NCBI GenBank assembly: GCA_963706595.1
Contig: OY970166.1
Location: 64,001-128,000 of the forward strand
Direction of reading: 5' to 3'
DNA length: 64,000 nt
Source: an uncultured cyanobacterium
Lineage (GTDB): Bacteria; Cyanobacteriota; Cyanobacteriia; Cyanobacteriales; Nostocaceae
This document shows, in pieces, positions 32,289-41,661 of this stretch (its first letter is position 1; every line of letters starts with the position of its first letter). Under the pieces are notes generated by a model, which saw only the letters and a list, made by a program, of their open reading frames with translations, searched no databases and was not told where the DNA came from. The translations under genes were made by a program, and so were the position numbers.

Positions 32289-33425
32289 TTAACGTTGATC
32301 GATGGGGAGATAAGTAACCTCATGTTTACCGTTGTAAATCTGGGTGGGTCGGAATATGCGGTTTTCTGCTAGTTGTTCTTTCCAATGAGCTAGCCAACCT
32401 GCAACACGAGCGATCGCAAATATTGGTGTAAACAAGTCTGTAGGAATCCCCATTTTCCTATACACCAAACCTGAATAAAAGTCAACATTGGGATAAATCC
32501 CTTTGCCAGACAGTTTTTCTGCTACTACCTGTTCCATTTCTAGGGCAATGTCATAATACTTATCATGCCCAAACTTGGCAAACAATTGCTCTGCTAGGTT
32601 TTGTAAGACTGTAGCTCGTGGATCTTTGACTTTATAGACACGGTGTCCAAAGCCCATAATCTTGGCTTTGCGTTGCAGCAGGTCTTCTACATAAGGACGC
32701 ACGTTTGCGACTGTGCCAATTTCTTCCAACATCTGAATCACTTCTTCATTAGCTCCACCGTGCAGGGGACCGCCTAGAGTTCCTACGGCACTAGCAACTA
32801 CAGCGTAGGGGTCTGTTAAGGTGGAAGCCGTTACCCTCGCACTGAAGGTAGAAGCATTCATTGTATGCTCGACATGAAGAATCAAGCAGATGTCAAAGAT
32901 TTTGGCAGCCAAAGGATCTGGTTCTTTCTCGTTGAGCATATAGAGAAAGTTGGCTGCGTAGTCTAAGTCATCACGAGGCCTAACGGGGTCGTTGCCTTTT
33001 CGCATTAACTGGAATGCCGCTACCATTGTGGGAATGGTCGCTAACAAGCGCACTACGGCATCCCGAATGTAAGCAGGGTTGTGTAAGTCCCGGCGCGAAT
33101 AAAACAAGCCTAATGCCGCAGCTGAGGCTTGCAGCGCATCCATCGGGTGACCGCTTTCTGGAAAGCATTTCATCATGTCCCGAATGCGGTATTTTATCCG
33201 CCTGTGGTAGCGAACCTCATGCTCAAATGCTTCCAATTCTTCTTGACTTGGCAGTTCACCCCAGATTAAGAGATAAGCAGTTTCCAGAAATGAACTTTTT
33301 TCTGCTAATTCCTCAATCCGGATGCCACGATATTCTAGAATTCCCTTCTGCCCATCAACATGACTAATACTTGATTGGGCGGCGGGAATGCCTTCTAAAC
33401 CAGGCTTATATTCGCACACCATCAT
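32289..33425 (-). CDS. gltA: Citrate synthase
   Basis: HVEHTMNAST, GPLHGGANE, MGFGHRVYKVKDPR, YPNVDFYSG. Confidence 0.97.
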   Translation of the reverse strand: MMVCEYKPGLEGIPAAQSSISHVDGQKGILEYRGIRIEELAEKSSFLETAYLLIWGELPSQEELEAFEHEVRYHRRIKYRIRDMMKCFPESGHPMDALQASAAALGLFYSRRDLHNPAYIRDAVVRLLATIPTMVAAFQLMRKGNDPVRPRDDLDYAANFLYMLNEKEPDPLAAKIFDICLILHVEHTMNASTFSARVTASTLTDPYAVVASAVGTLGGPLHGGANEEVIQMLEEIGTVANVRPYVEDLLQRKAKIMGFGHRVYKVKDPRATVLQNLAEQLFAKFGHDKYYDIALEMEQVVAEKLSGKGIYPNVDFYSGLVYRKMGIPTDLFTPIFAIARVAGWLAHWKEQLAENRIFRPTQIYNGKHEVTYLPIDQR

Positions 33426-33537
33426 GGCAACACCATTTACTTTTTGACATATCTGATGACGCTAACTTACCAGAAATTCTTGTCGCTATAACAGTAGCCT
33501 ACGTCACAACACTTTTTGTCAAAATGTTGAAAAGCTG

Positions 33538-34035
33538 TCACAGCAGGTACTTGGGCGGTGTCAACCAAAACATTTGACTACGACCCAGAGGTGAACCTAT
33601 TTCTGGTAGTTTTATCCCGATCATACCTGCTTTTTTCAAGACTAAACTGTTTTTGACCTCTCCCCAAAGCAGAATTTCTGCCCAATTGCTTAGACAAGGT
33701 TCATGTCCTACCAGGGCAATTTGGGTATTTTGGGCATAATTTTTCGGTTCTAACCAATATTTTAGCCAAGGCGAAATCTGACCATTAGGGGCAAGATGAG
33801 GGGATTCTTCCCATTGTGTACTCAGTCCGGCTGCTACGAAGATTTCCGCCGTTTGGCGGGCGCGGACTAAGGGACTGGTGACAATGACCTCAAACTGCAA
33901 ACCTAGTTGTTTAATTCTGTGGGCAACTTTTTCGGTTTTTTGTCGTCCTTCTTTTGTAAGCGATCGCTCTTCATCTTTCTTAATGTCTGGTTGCTTCTCT
34001 TCGGCTATACCATGACGAATTAAGTATAATTCCAT
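33538..34035 (-). CDS. sixA: Phosphohistidine phosphatase SixA
   Basis: LIRHGIA, R.LT..G, SPLVRARQTA, LVGHEP. Confidence 0.93.
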   Translation of the reverse strand: MELYLIRHGIAEEKQPDIKKDEERSLTKEGRQKTEKVAHRIKQLGLQFEVIVTSPLVRARQTAEIFVAAGLSTQWEESPHLAPNGQISPWLKYWLEPKNYAQNTQIALVGHEPCLSNWAEILLWGEVKNSLVLKKAGMIGIKLPEIGSPLGRSQMFWLTPPKYLL

Positions 34036-34089
34036 ATTTTTAATGTTATTATAAATTGATCATAGGTTTAAATCTTTAATAATTTAGAA

Positions 34090-34560
34090 TTATTCGTCAA
34101 CACTAGGATAAAAATCTAAGTCTAAAATTTCATCGACACAAAAGGGACAAACCATCGGAAAATTTTCCCCTGATAAAGCTGTTTCTACCATTGCTTCTCG
34201 ACGCGCTCTTTGATAAGTCGCATTTATCCATTCAGCATCATTTAAAAAACGGCTCAAACTGGGACTTTCTGCTAATACTTCATCTAAATTCAGTCGTTCA
34301 CGGGTAATAGTCACTTGCCAGCTATGGCTACGCAATTTGGGTTGATGCTTCCACTTTAGCAAATGCGACAATACTAACCGCAATGAACTCTGCAACGCCC
34401 TTTGCTGACTTTTCCCCAAGTCCACTACTTCCTCAATTAAGTGTTCTAAATCTAGGGTGTCCCAGTGCTGCGATTTTAAAAGCTCTGCGGTCTGCTCTAC
34501 CCAAGCATAAAAATCTTGCTCATACAAGCTTTGTAATAGTTCCGGGTGTATAGTTTTCAT
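34090..34560 (-). CDS. DUF29 family protein
   Basis: LYEQDFYAW, LIEEV.DLGKS, HLLKWKHQP, FP..CPF. Confidence 0.9.
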   Translation of the reverse strand: MKTIHPELLQSLYEQDFYAWVEQTAELLKSQHWDTLDLEHLIEEVVDLGKSQQRALQSSLRLVLSHLLKWKHQPKLRSHSWQVTITRERLNLDEVLAESPSLSRFLNDAEWINATYQRARREAMVETALSGENFPMVCPFCVDEILDLDFYPSVDE

Positions 34561-34904
34561 GGCGTTTTTTCTTCGCATTTTTAGTTAAGAATTCACTGCC
34601 AAAGTATGTATTTTTTAGCTGAAAGTCAAACTCATCAGCAGGGGTTTAACATTACTCAACCCCTACTGAATCAAGGTAAAAATTTTAGATTTTGGATTTG
34701 GGATTTGGGATTGGGAATTTTCGGTACAAGCTCCGCCCCTTCATGGCGTAATTAATCCAAAATACTCGCTGCGCTGCGTACGCTTCGCTAACGCCAATCT
34801 AAAATCCTCAGAGCTATACACTAAAGTGTGGAGTAAATCCAAAATCCAAAATCGTAAATCCAAAATTGATTGACCTAGAATTCTTTGTCCTCAGAAGGCA
34901 ACGT

Positions 34905-36200
34905 CTACTCAGACTGAATTGGGTTATCTTTAGGACTGACCAACTTTAGTAGCTTTTGCTTGATTTGAGAATCATAGACTTCCCATTTCATTTTTGCATA
35001 GGCGGAATTTTCGTTACTACCAGACAAGAAACCCATCGGAATTTCAAAGCCGCCTGCGCCTGTACGTCCACCACCAAAAAATCGCCCTGTGCTATCTTGC
35101 CCAAAGGCTTCTTTGATGAACTCATCAGGGTCAAGGGTGAGTTTAGCGGTGCGGAGGGAGCCAATAACTACTTCTAGCTCGTCTTCGTCATGAACAATAC
35201 CGTAAACTACTGCTGTATGCACGTTTTCTTCTGTCACCAGGAAATCGGCTGCTTGGGGAATCGCATCCCGGTCTTCGTAGCGGAGATAACCAACGCCAGC
35301 AATGGAAAAGTTATTCTGCACGATGCGGTTTTTTAGCGATCGCTCGATCACATCCATCACCCGCTTAGAACGATTTGCCTGTAAAATGGCGTTCAGCAGT
35401 TGAGCATCATAAAATCGGCTCAGATATGCAGCCGCCATGAAATCTTCTTCTTGGGCTTGCATCAGCCGATTCGTATCTGACCGCAACCCATGCATCAAAG
35501 CCGTAGCACATTTGACGTGTTGGCTGATGCTGCTATCTAAGGTCAGTAACCCTGATTGCAGATACTGAGTAAAAATTGTTGAGGTGGCTCGCACATCAGG
35601 ACGAACGTCAACAAACTCTGACTTATGTTCCGCCTGTAAGGTATGATGGTCAATGACGGCAATTATGGGTATTCCTGCCTGCTGCACGGCTGTCATTAAT
35701 TGACTTGTAGTTCCCTGGTTATCAATTAAAATGCAGCCTTGATAAGATGACAAGTCTTTACTTTTGAGGACTTGTGATGTCCAGCGCTGGGCTGGTAGTC
35801 CAGTCAGCTTCACTAAGGCAATGTTTTCTTGATGACTCAGCGTACCAGCATAAATAATTTCGCATTTGATATCATATTGCTGCACAATTAACTGGTAAGT
35901 CCAAGCGCAAGACAGAGCATCAGGGTCGGGAAAATCCTGTAAAATTACTAGATGTCGCTCATGTCGGTGTGCTAAAAGGGTTTTTTGCAGTTCTTCCGAC
36001 TTCTGAAAAGCCACGGAATTTCCCCGTTGACCGACATATTTACCATTTTTTCCGCCGCCGTTAGATGATGGTAAGGATGGCTTGGTGAGTGTAATTTCCA
36101 CTGCTTCTTGATCTATCTCCGCATCCTCTGGGCTAGGTTCTGTGGTTAATAAAAAACTTTCTGATTGCTTCAAGGAAGAATTCAATTGCATAGGGGACAT
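34905..36200 (-). CDS. DHH family phosphoesterase (NrnA-like)
   Basis: PDPDAL, LID, VIDHH, SDT, GGGR..AGG. Confidence 0.9.
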   Translation of the reverse strand: MSPMQLNSSLKQSESFLLTTEPSPEDAEIDQEAVEITLTKPSLPSSNGGGKNGKYVGQRGNSVAFQKSEELQKTLLAHRHERHLVILQDFPDPDALSCAWTYQLIVQQYDIKCEIIYAGTLSHQENIALVKLTGLPAQRWTSQVLKSKDLSSYQGCILIDNQGTTSQLMTAVQQAGIPIIAVIDHHTLQAEHKSEFVDVRPDVRATSTIFTQYLQSGLLTLDSSISQHVKCATALMHGLRSDTNRLMQAQEEDFMAAAYLSRFYDAQLLNAILQANRSKRVMDVIERSLKNRIVQNNFSIAGVGYLRYEDRDAIPQAADFLVTEENVHTAVVYGIVHDEDELEVVIGSLRTAKLTLDPDEFIKEAFGQDSTGRFFGGGRTGAGGFEIPMGFLSGSNENSAYAKMKWEVYDSQIKQKLLKLVSPKDNPIQSE

Positions 36201-36751
36201 CTTGATAAGTGCGAGCCTCCATTGATTTGTTAAGAATTAATACAATTAACACTGAACTGATTTTGAGACATATTCTGATCTTCGCAAAAATATAGGGTTT
36301 TTGGCATACTTATCTGGGTCTATTTTCTGTCAATCAAATTAGTTAGAAATCTGCTAATATCTCCCAATTGCCTCTGCAAAGCGAAGATCAAGATTTCTAG
36401 TTTCAAATATGACTTTTAACTAAACTTGCTTGGTATTTTTTACGACCAGAAGGGTTTTGGAGCATATTCCTGATTGTACGGGAATATTTCCCACTGACTT
36501 AGTTATTTTACAATATTGTGCGCTAGGATAAAAGGCTTAGGCATCGTTTGGCTCAACAATTTGCCATGATGATCTACCAGATGCCGCCAAACATCCTAGA
36601 TTATCTGTAGTACAAATTTATTAAAGCCAAAGATGAGCTTTGACGATCAAGATAACCTCCGGCTGATGCCGGGCTATTTGAATCAGCACAAAAATTTAAC
36701 ACCGATCACAGGCGATAATTGCTTTGGCTTTTAATAATTATTCCTTCAGCG

Positions 36752-37249
36752 TCAAAGACCGATTACATATTTTTGCCACTCGTTATGCAGTCCGCTCTTG
36801 AGATGTTTGCTGACCTCAAAATAAAGGCTACTGTAAGGTTGGCGTGGGGGATGACGCAAAGGCATGTGGGCTTCGTAAGGTGTGCGGTTCCCTTTCTTGA
36901 CATTGCAACGGACGCAAGCTGTAACGATATTTTCCCAGGTATCACCCCCTCGGCGCGATCGCGGTATAACATGGTCTAACGTCAACTCATCCCCGGTATA
37001 ACCGCAGTATTGACAAGAGTGACTGTCACGGTGCAAGATATTTCGGCGAGTGAGAGGAATTTCTTTGTACGGAACGCGCACATAATGGCGCAACCGAATT
37101 ACTGTCGGTAACGGAAAATCTGTATACAGAAATTTGCCGTTATGCTCAATGCGTTCTGCTTTGCCTTTAATGAGCAGAATCGCAGCCCGCCGCCAACTGG
37201 TGATGTTGAGCGGTTCGTAAGACGCGTTTAGGACTAAAACCTTCCCCAT
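36752..37249 (-). CDS. HNH endonuclease (McrA/HNH_5-like)
   Basis: VLVLNASYEPL, RD..CQYCG, TLDHVIPRS, WENIVTAC..CN..K. Confidence 0.93.
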   Translation of the reverse strand: MGKVLVLNASYEPLNITSWRRAAILLIKGKAERIEHNGKFLYTDFPLPTVIRLRHYVRVPYKEIPLTRRNILHRDSHSCQYCGYTGDELTLDHVIPRSRRGGDTWENIVTACVRCNVKKGNRTPYEAHMPLRHPPRQPYSSLYFEVSKHLKSGLHNEWQKYVIGL

Positions 37250-37315
37250 TGGTTAGCGCTCGAGGTATTAGTTTTACATATATTAACACGAATCTACCCT
37301 TGTGGGGAGATGAGA

Positions 37316-37590
37316 TTGACACTCCCCGGCGTGAACGCACGGGGATTCTTGGATATAAGACATAACTTGCTCATGCAGGTTTTCACCAACAAGAGTAGAG
37401 GTTTCATCTCCCCAAGCGTTGCTTGCATCTAGTGCAAAGGTTCCAGTATGCCCTACCGTACCCAATCCTCGACTAAGGATTATTCTGGCTGCGTTTTCAT
37501 CTCTATCCATGACACATCCACATTTACAAACGTGGGTTCGAGTGGATAGCGTTTTCTTGACAATTTCACCACAGCTAGAGCATACTCCAG
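37316..37590 (-). pseudogene. tnpB: IS200/IS605-family remnant: TnpB C-terminus plus right end
   Basis: CSSCG..VKKTLSTRTHVCKCGCVMDRDENAA zinc ribbon and RuvC-III; subterminal hairpin CCCCG...CGGGG followed by TCAA at 37319-37316 (minus strand). No 5' part of the gene. Confidence 0.85.
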
Positions 37591-37803
37591 ACACAGATTT
37601 ATGGGACTTGGAGGGGTTTTTGCGTAGGGTGATCAAGGATTTTTTTATTTGAAACCCATAACTCAAAATTCGCACCATTTTGTATGAACGACCGGATCAA
37701 CGGTAAACTTTGCTGATTAATATTGATATGGCTTTGAGGCTAGCAAAGCAGAATAATTAAATAATCTGGAAGTTTTGCAGTGGTGTGATAGGAGTGAAGT
37801 GCA

Positions 37804-38991
37804 ATGTTAAGTCGTAACCAAACCCCTAGTTTTGCTGATAATCAGGATCGTGATACCTATGCTTGGTTCTCGCAACGAGCTTGGGTGGAAATTGATTTAG
37901 GGGCGTTATCTCATAATATCCAGCAATTAGTTAGATTTTTATCGCCAAATACCCAGTTAATGGCTGTGGTCAAAGCTGATGCTTATGGACATGGCGCGGT
38001 GACAGTTGCTCAAACAGCAGTACAATCGGGAGCAGGTTGGTTGGGAGTCGCTACAGTTCCAGAGGGGATTCAATTACGGGAGGCTGGAATAAAAGCTCCT
38101 ATTTTGATTTTAGGTGCAACCTACACGCCAGAGCAAATTCAGGCGATCTCTCACTGGAAACTCCAGCCAACTTTGTGCAGTCCCAAACAAGCGCTGATTT
38201 TTTCCAATATTTTAGAAACTATCAATAATGGTTCTCCTTTACCCGTACACATTAAATTAGATACGGGAATGTCGAGGTTGGGAACGAACTGGCAAGACGC
38301 TGTGGAGTTTGTGCAGTTAGTCCAGAATTTGCCTCATCTTGAAATTGCCAGCATTTATTCCCACTTGGCGACAGCAGATGATCTTGACACCAGTCTCATG
38401 CAAGAACAGCATAGACGATTTGAACAGGCGATCGCACAAGTTAAAAGCATAGGCATCAATCCACCATGCTTGCATTTAGCCAACTCTGCCGCCACTCTCA
38501 CCAATCGCGCCTTACATTACGACATTGTACGCGCCGGTTTGGCTATTTACGGACTTTATCCTGCGACTCATTTACAAAATGCAGTTAGTCTCAAGCCTGT
38601 TTTGCAACTGAAAACGCGAGTGACTCAAGTCAAAACCATAGCCGCCGGCACTGGGGTAAGTTACGGTCAACAATTTATTGCACCCCAAGAAATGCGCCTG
38701 GCTGTGATTAGTATTGGTTACGCTGATGGGGTTCCGCGTAATCTTTCCCAGAAAATGCAAGTTTTAATTCGTGGTCAGCGCGTGCCACAAGTTGGCACAA
38801 TTACTATGGATCAGTTGATGCTCGATGTCAGTGCTATTCCAGATTTACAAGAAGGGGAAATAGTCACCCTACTTGGTGAACAAGGCAGAGAAAAAATTTC
38901 AGCTAACGATTGGGCAGAAAAATTAAATACGATTTCTTGGGAAATTCTCTGCGGCTTTAAGCATCGTTTGCCTCGTGTGGCGGTAATGTAG
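37804..38991 (+). CDS. alr: Alanine racemase
   Basis: AVVKADAYGHG, HIKLDTGMSRLG, ANSAA, VSYG, GYADG, MDQ. Confidence 0.97.
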   Translation: MLSRNQTPSFADNQDRDTYAWFSQRAWVEIDLGALSHNIQQLVRFLSPNTQLMAVVKADAYGHGAVTVAQTAVQSGAGWLGVATVPEGIQLREAGIKAPILILGATYTPEQIQAISHWKLQPTLCSPKQALIFSNILETINNGSPLPVHIKLDTGMSRLGTNWQDAVEFVQLVQNLPHLEIASIYSHLATADDLDTSLMQEQHRRFEQAIAQVKSIGINPPCLHLANSAATLTNRALHYDIVRAGLAIYGLYPATHLQNAVSLKPVLQLKTRVTQVKTIAAGTGVSYGQQFIAPQEMRLAVISIGYADGVPRNLSQKMQVLIRGQRVPQVGTITMDQLMLDVSAIPDLQEGEIVTLLGEQGREKISANDWAEKLNTISWEILCGFKHRLPRVAVM

Positions 38992-39070
38992 GTGAATTGG
39001 GTATGGGGAAAGTTATTTTTCCCTTTCCTATTCCCATATAATATTTTCTGTGCTAATATTAAAAACTGAT

Positions 39071-39152
39071 GCGGATGTGGCGAAATTGGCAGACGCGCTA
39101 GATTTAGGTTCTAGTTCCGAAAGGAGTGAAGGTTCAAGTCCTTTCATCCGCA
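39071..39152 (+). tRNA. trnL: tRNA-Leu(TAG)
   Basis: GCGGATG/CATCCGC acceptor, anticodon arm CTAGA-TTTAGGT-TCTAG, long variable arm, GGTTCAAGTCC. Confidence 0.97.
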
Positions 39153-39167
39153 CTTCTGAAACTATGA

Positions 39168-39203
39168 TTAACCTCCAGGAAAAACGCCTGGGGGTTTAAT
39201 TTT
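39168..39203 (+). terminator. Probable terminator after tRNA-Leu
   Basis: AACCTCCAGG-loop-CCTGGGGGTT followed by a T-rich tail. Confidence 0.6.
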
Positions 39204-39606
39204 GCATATTAATTTAAAATCTGTGTTGCTGCGACTTCCATTAGTTTCTCGCTCCTGTCTCGCTATATTTACGTATAAATACAGAGAAAGCTGGCGTTGA
39301 ATTTTGTTAATTTAGCAGTATTATTTACATAATTATCACTTAAAAGAAAGCGGCTTAATTTGTCCTTGCTTTTTTCTGGGCTGATTCGCCAAATATATCT
39401 GGCAATCTCAATACAAGTAAGTAAATTTACGTTGACTTACTAATTCCCGAAATGTGATCATCAGAAAGACCCTATTTTCATTGAATTTAACCACAAATCC
39501 CGTCGTGAAACTTTTGTATTTGATACTACAAAAAGCTAACAATGAAAATTTGTTGGAAAATATGGCGCAGCTACTGTATAAATTTAGCTGAAGAAGTAAA
39601 AGCAAA

Positions 39607-40656
39607 ATGAGTACAACTCCCCTAACTGGCTACTGGTTACCCCAGAAATTACATCCCTTATCTCTATTAGCACAACTAACTAGCCGCCATGCTACTGGTT
39701 GCTTACGCGTATTTACTAAAACGGCTTCTTGGTCAATTAATATAGAAGACGGTAAACTGACTTACGCCTCTTATTCCGATAGACTGTTTGAGCGTCTTGA
39801 CCATCACTTACAGCGATTAAGTCAAGAAATTCCGACTCTTAACAGCGCCACTCGCGTGCAAATGCGGTTGATGTTTGAACCGAAAAATGAACATCAGTCT
39901 ATGCAATATGCAGATTATCAAGCAATTTGCTGGTTAATAAATCAGGAACATATTACCCCCGCACAAGCAGAAACCCTGATATATGAATTAGCGAAAGAAG
40001 TATTAGAAACATTTCTGGTCTTAAAAGAAGGAAATTATGAATTTTCTCTGGAAACTTCCTGGGATGAATTACCCAAGTTCTGCCATTTAGACTTGCGGTT
40101 ATTAGTTGAATACTGTCACAAGCAGTTACGACAGCCGCAAAATATCCAGTCACAAGTTCAAGTGGGTCAGAGTGTGTTACCTGCCAAAAATTCACCTCAA
40201 ATTCAGTCTCAATTTCCAAATTCTCCACCAAACCACTTGAAGACTGCTGAAAATAGGAATACAAAAAAATCTCAGCCGGCATTGAAAAAAAATCACTATA
40301 CAATTGCCTGTATTGATGATAGTCAAACAGTGTTGAATTCTATCAAACTTTTCTTGGATGGTAAGACATTTGCAGTTGTCACAATCAATGATCCTGTTAA
40401 AGCATTAATGCAAACTCTTCGCAGTAAACCAGACCTAATTTTACTCGACGTGGAAATGCCCAATTTGGACGGCTATGAATTGTGTTCTTTATTAAGAAGG
40501 CATTCAGCTTTTAAGAATGTACCCATTATTATGGTGACAGGCAGAACAGGATTTATCGACAGAGCCAAAGCCAAAATGGTCAGATCATCAGGGTATTTGA
40601 CTAAACCTTTTACACAAGCAGATTTACTCAAAATAGTGTTTAAATACCTTGATTAA
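39607..40656 (+). CDS. PatA-family response regulator (PATAN + REC; PixG/PtxA-like)
   Basis: N-terminal TGCLRV...W.I..EDGKL.YA; C-terminal CIDDS, LLDVEMP, YLTKPF. Confidence 0.88.
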   Translation: MSTTPLTGYWLPQKLHPLSLLAQLTSRHATGCLRVFTKTASWSINIEDGKLTYASYSDRLFERLDHHLQRLSQEIPTLNSATRVQMRLMFEPKNEHQSMQYADYQAICWLINQEHITPAQAETLIYELAKEVLETFLVLKEGNYEFSLETSWDELPKFCHLDLRLLVEYCHKQLRQPQNIQSQVQVGQSVLPAKNSPQIQSQFPNSPPNHLKTAENRNTKKSQPALKKNHYTIACIDDSQTVLNSIKLFLDGKTFAVVTINDPVKALMQTLRSKPDLILLDVEMPNLDGYELCSLLRRHSAFKNVPIIMVTGRTGFIDRAKAKMVRSSGYLTKPFTQADLLKIVFKYLD

Positions 40657-40724
40657 TTTAGCCACATCTAGCAGAATAAATCAGTTTGATGAATAGAGAA
40701 TTTATTTTTGCAGGAGATTGCAGG

Positions 40725-41102
40725 ATGAGTGTTACCTTGGTTGGCAAAGTTTTAATTGTAGAAGATTCACCCAGCGAATTGGAACTGATGAGCTATTATC
40801 TTAAAGATAGTGGTTGCAAGGTAATTAAGGCTGCTAGTGCAAAAGAAGCTTTAGAGAAAGTTGTATCAGAACAGCCTGATGCAATTGTTACTGATGTAGT
40901 CATGCCTGGAATGAGTGGATTTGAGTTGTGCCGTTCCCTGAAAAAAAATCCGATAACTCAAAAAGTACCAATAGTTATTTGCAGTTCCAAAAATCAAGAA
41001 ATCGACAGATTATGGGCAATGAAACAAGGTGCTGATGCCTACCTGACTAAGCCATATACACGCGAACAGCTATTGCGTGCGATTAAATCAGTGGTGTTTT
41101 AA
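40725..41102 (+). CDS. cheY: CheY-like response regulator (PixH-like)
   Basis: VEDS, TDVVMPGMSGFELCR, DRLWAMKQGADAYLTKP. Confidence 0.9.
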   Translation: MSVTLVGKVLIVEDSPSELELMSYYLKDSGCKVIKAASAKEALEKVVSEQPDAIVTDVVMPGMSGFELCRSLKKNPITQKVPIVICSSKNQEIDRLWAMKQGADAYLTKPYTREQLLRAIKSVVF

Positions 41103-41105
41103 ACA

Positions 41106-41603
41106 ATGAATAATTTTGAAATTTTAGTTGCTCAACAACCAAGTCAAAAGAATTGTGTAAATAGCTATCTCAAGTTTAGATTAAATCAACAAACTACTGC
41201 TATTGTATCCATGAATCATACGCAAGAAGCAGTGATTTTGCCAGTTGAGTCTGTCACTTCGATGCCAAATATGCTGCCTTGTGTATTAGGGTTAATGAAT
41301 TGGCGGAGTCGGATAATTTGGGCAATTGATTTGCCAAAAATGCTGAATTTAGAATTTTTAGATAGTAGAATTAGGCAATATAATATTATTGTGATTCAGG
41401 TAGAGTCTCTGCTTTTAGGCTTAGTTGTTCATGAAATCAAAGGTGTAACTAAATTTATGTCTGATGATATTCAGTCTCCTGTGGGACAAGTAGCATCGAG
41501 TTTAGTGCCTTATTTACGCGGCTGTGTTGTTCAGTCAGAAGAAACATTGCTGGTTTTAGATGCACAATCTCTTGTGTATTCTCCTATTTTTCAAAGTAAT
41601 TAG
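41106..41603 (+). CDS. cheW: CheW-like adaptor (PixI-like)
   Basis: MPNM..CVLGLMNWRSRIIWAIDL, LGLVV.EI.G. Confidence 0.9.
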   Translation: MNNFEILVAQQPSQKNCVNSYLKFRLNQQTTAIVSMNHTQEAVILPVESVTSMPNMLPCVLGLMNWRSRIIWAIDLPKMLNLEFLDSRIRQYNIIVIQVESLLLGLVVHEIKGVTKFMSDDIQSPVGQVASSLVPYLRGCVVQSEETLLVLDAQSLVYSPIFQSN

Positions 41604-41661
41604 GTGCTAATAAAAGTGAGATTATTAGTATTTTTATTTACCTATTACATCAAATTACGGT

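Noticed and set aside
37283..37678. 131-aa ORF as a functional miniature TnpB
   Set aside because: Lacks RuvC-I/II and the N-terminal domains; its first ~28 residues come from unrelated flanking DNA.
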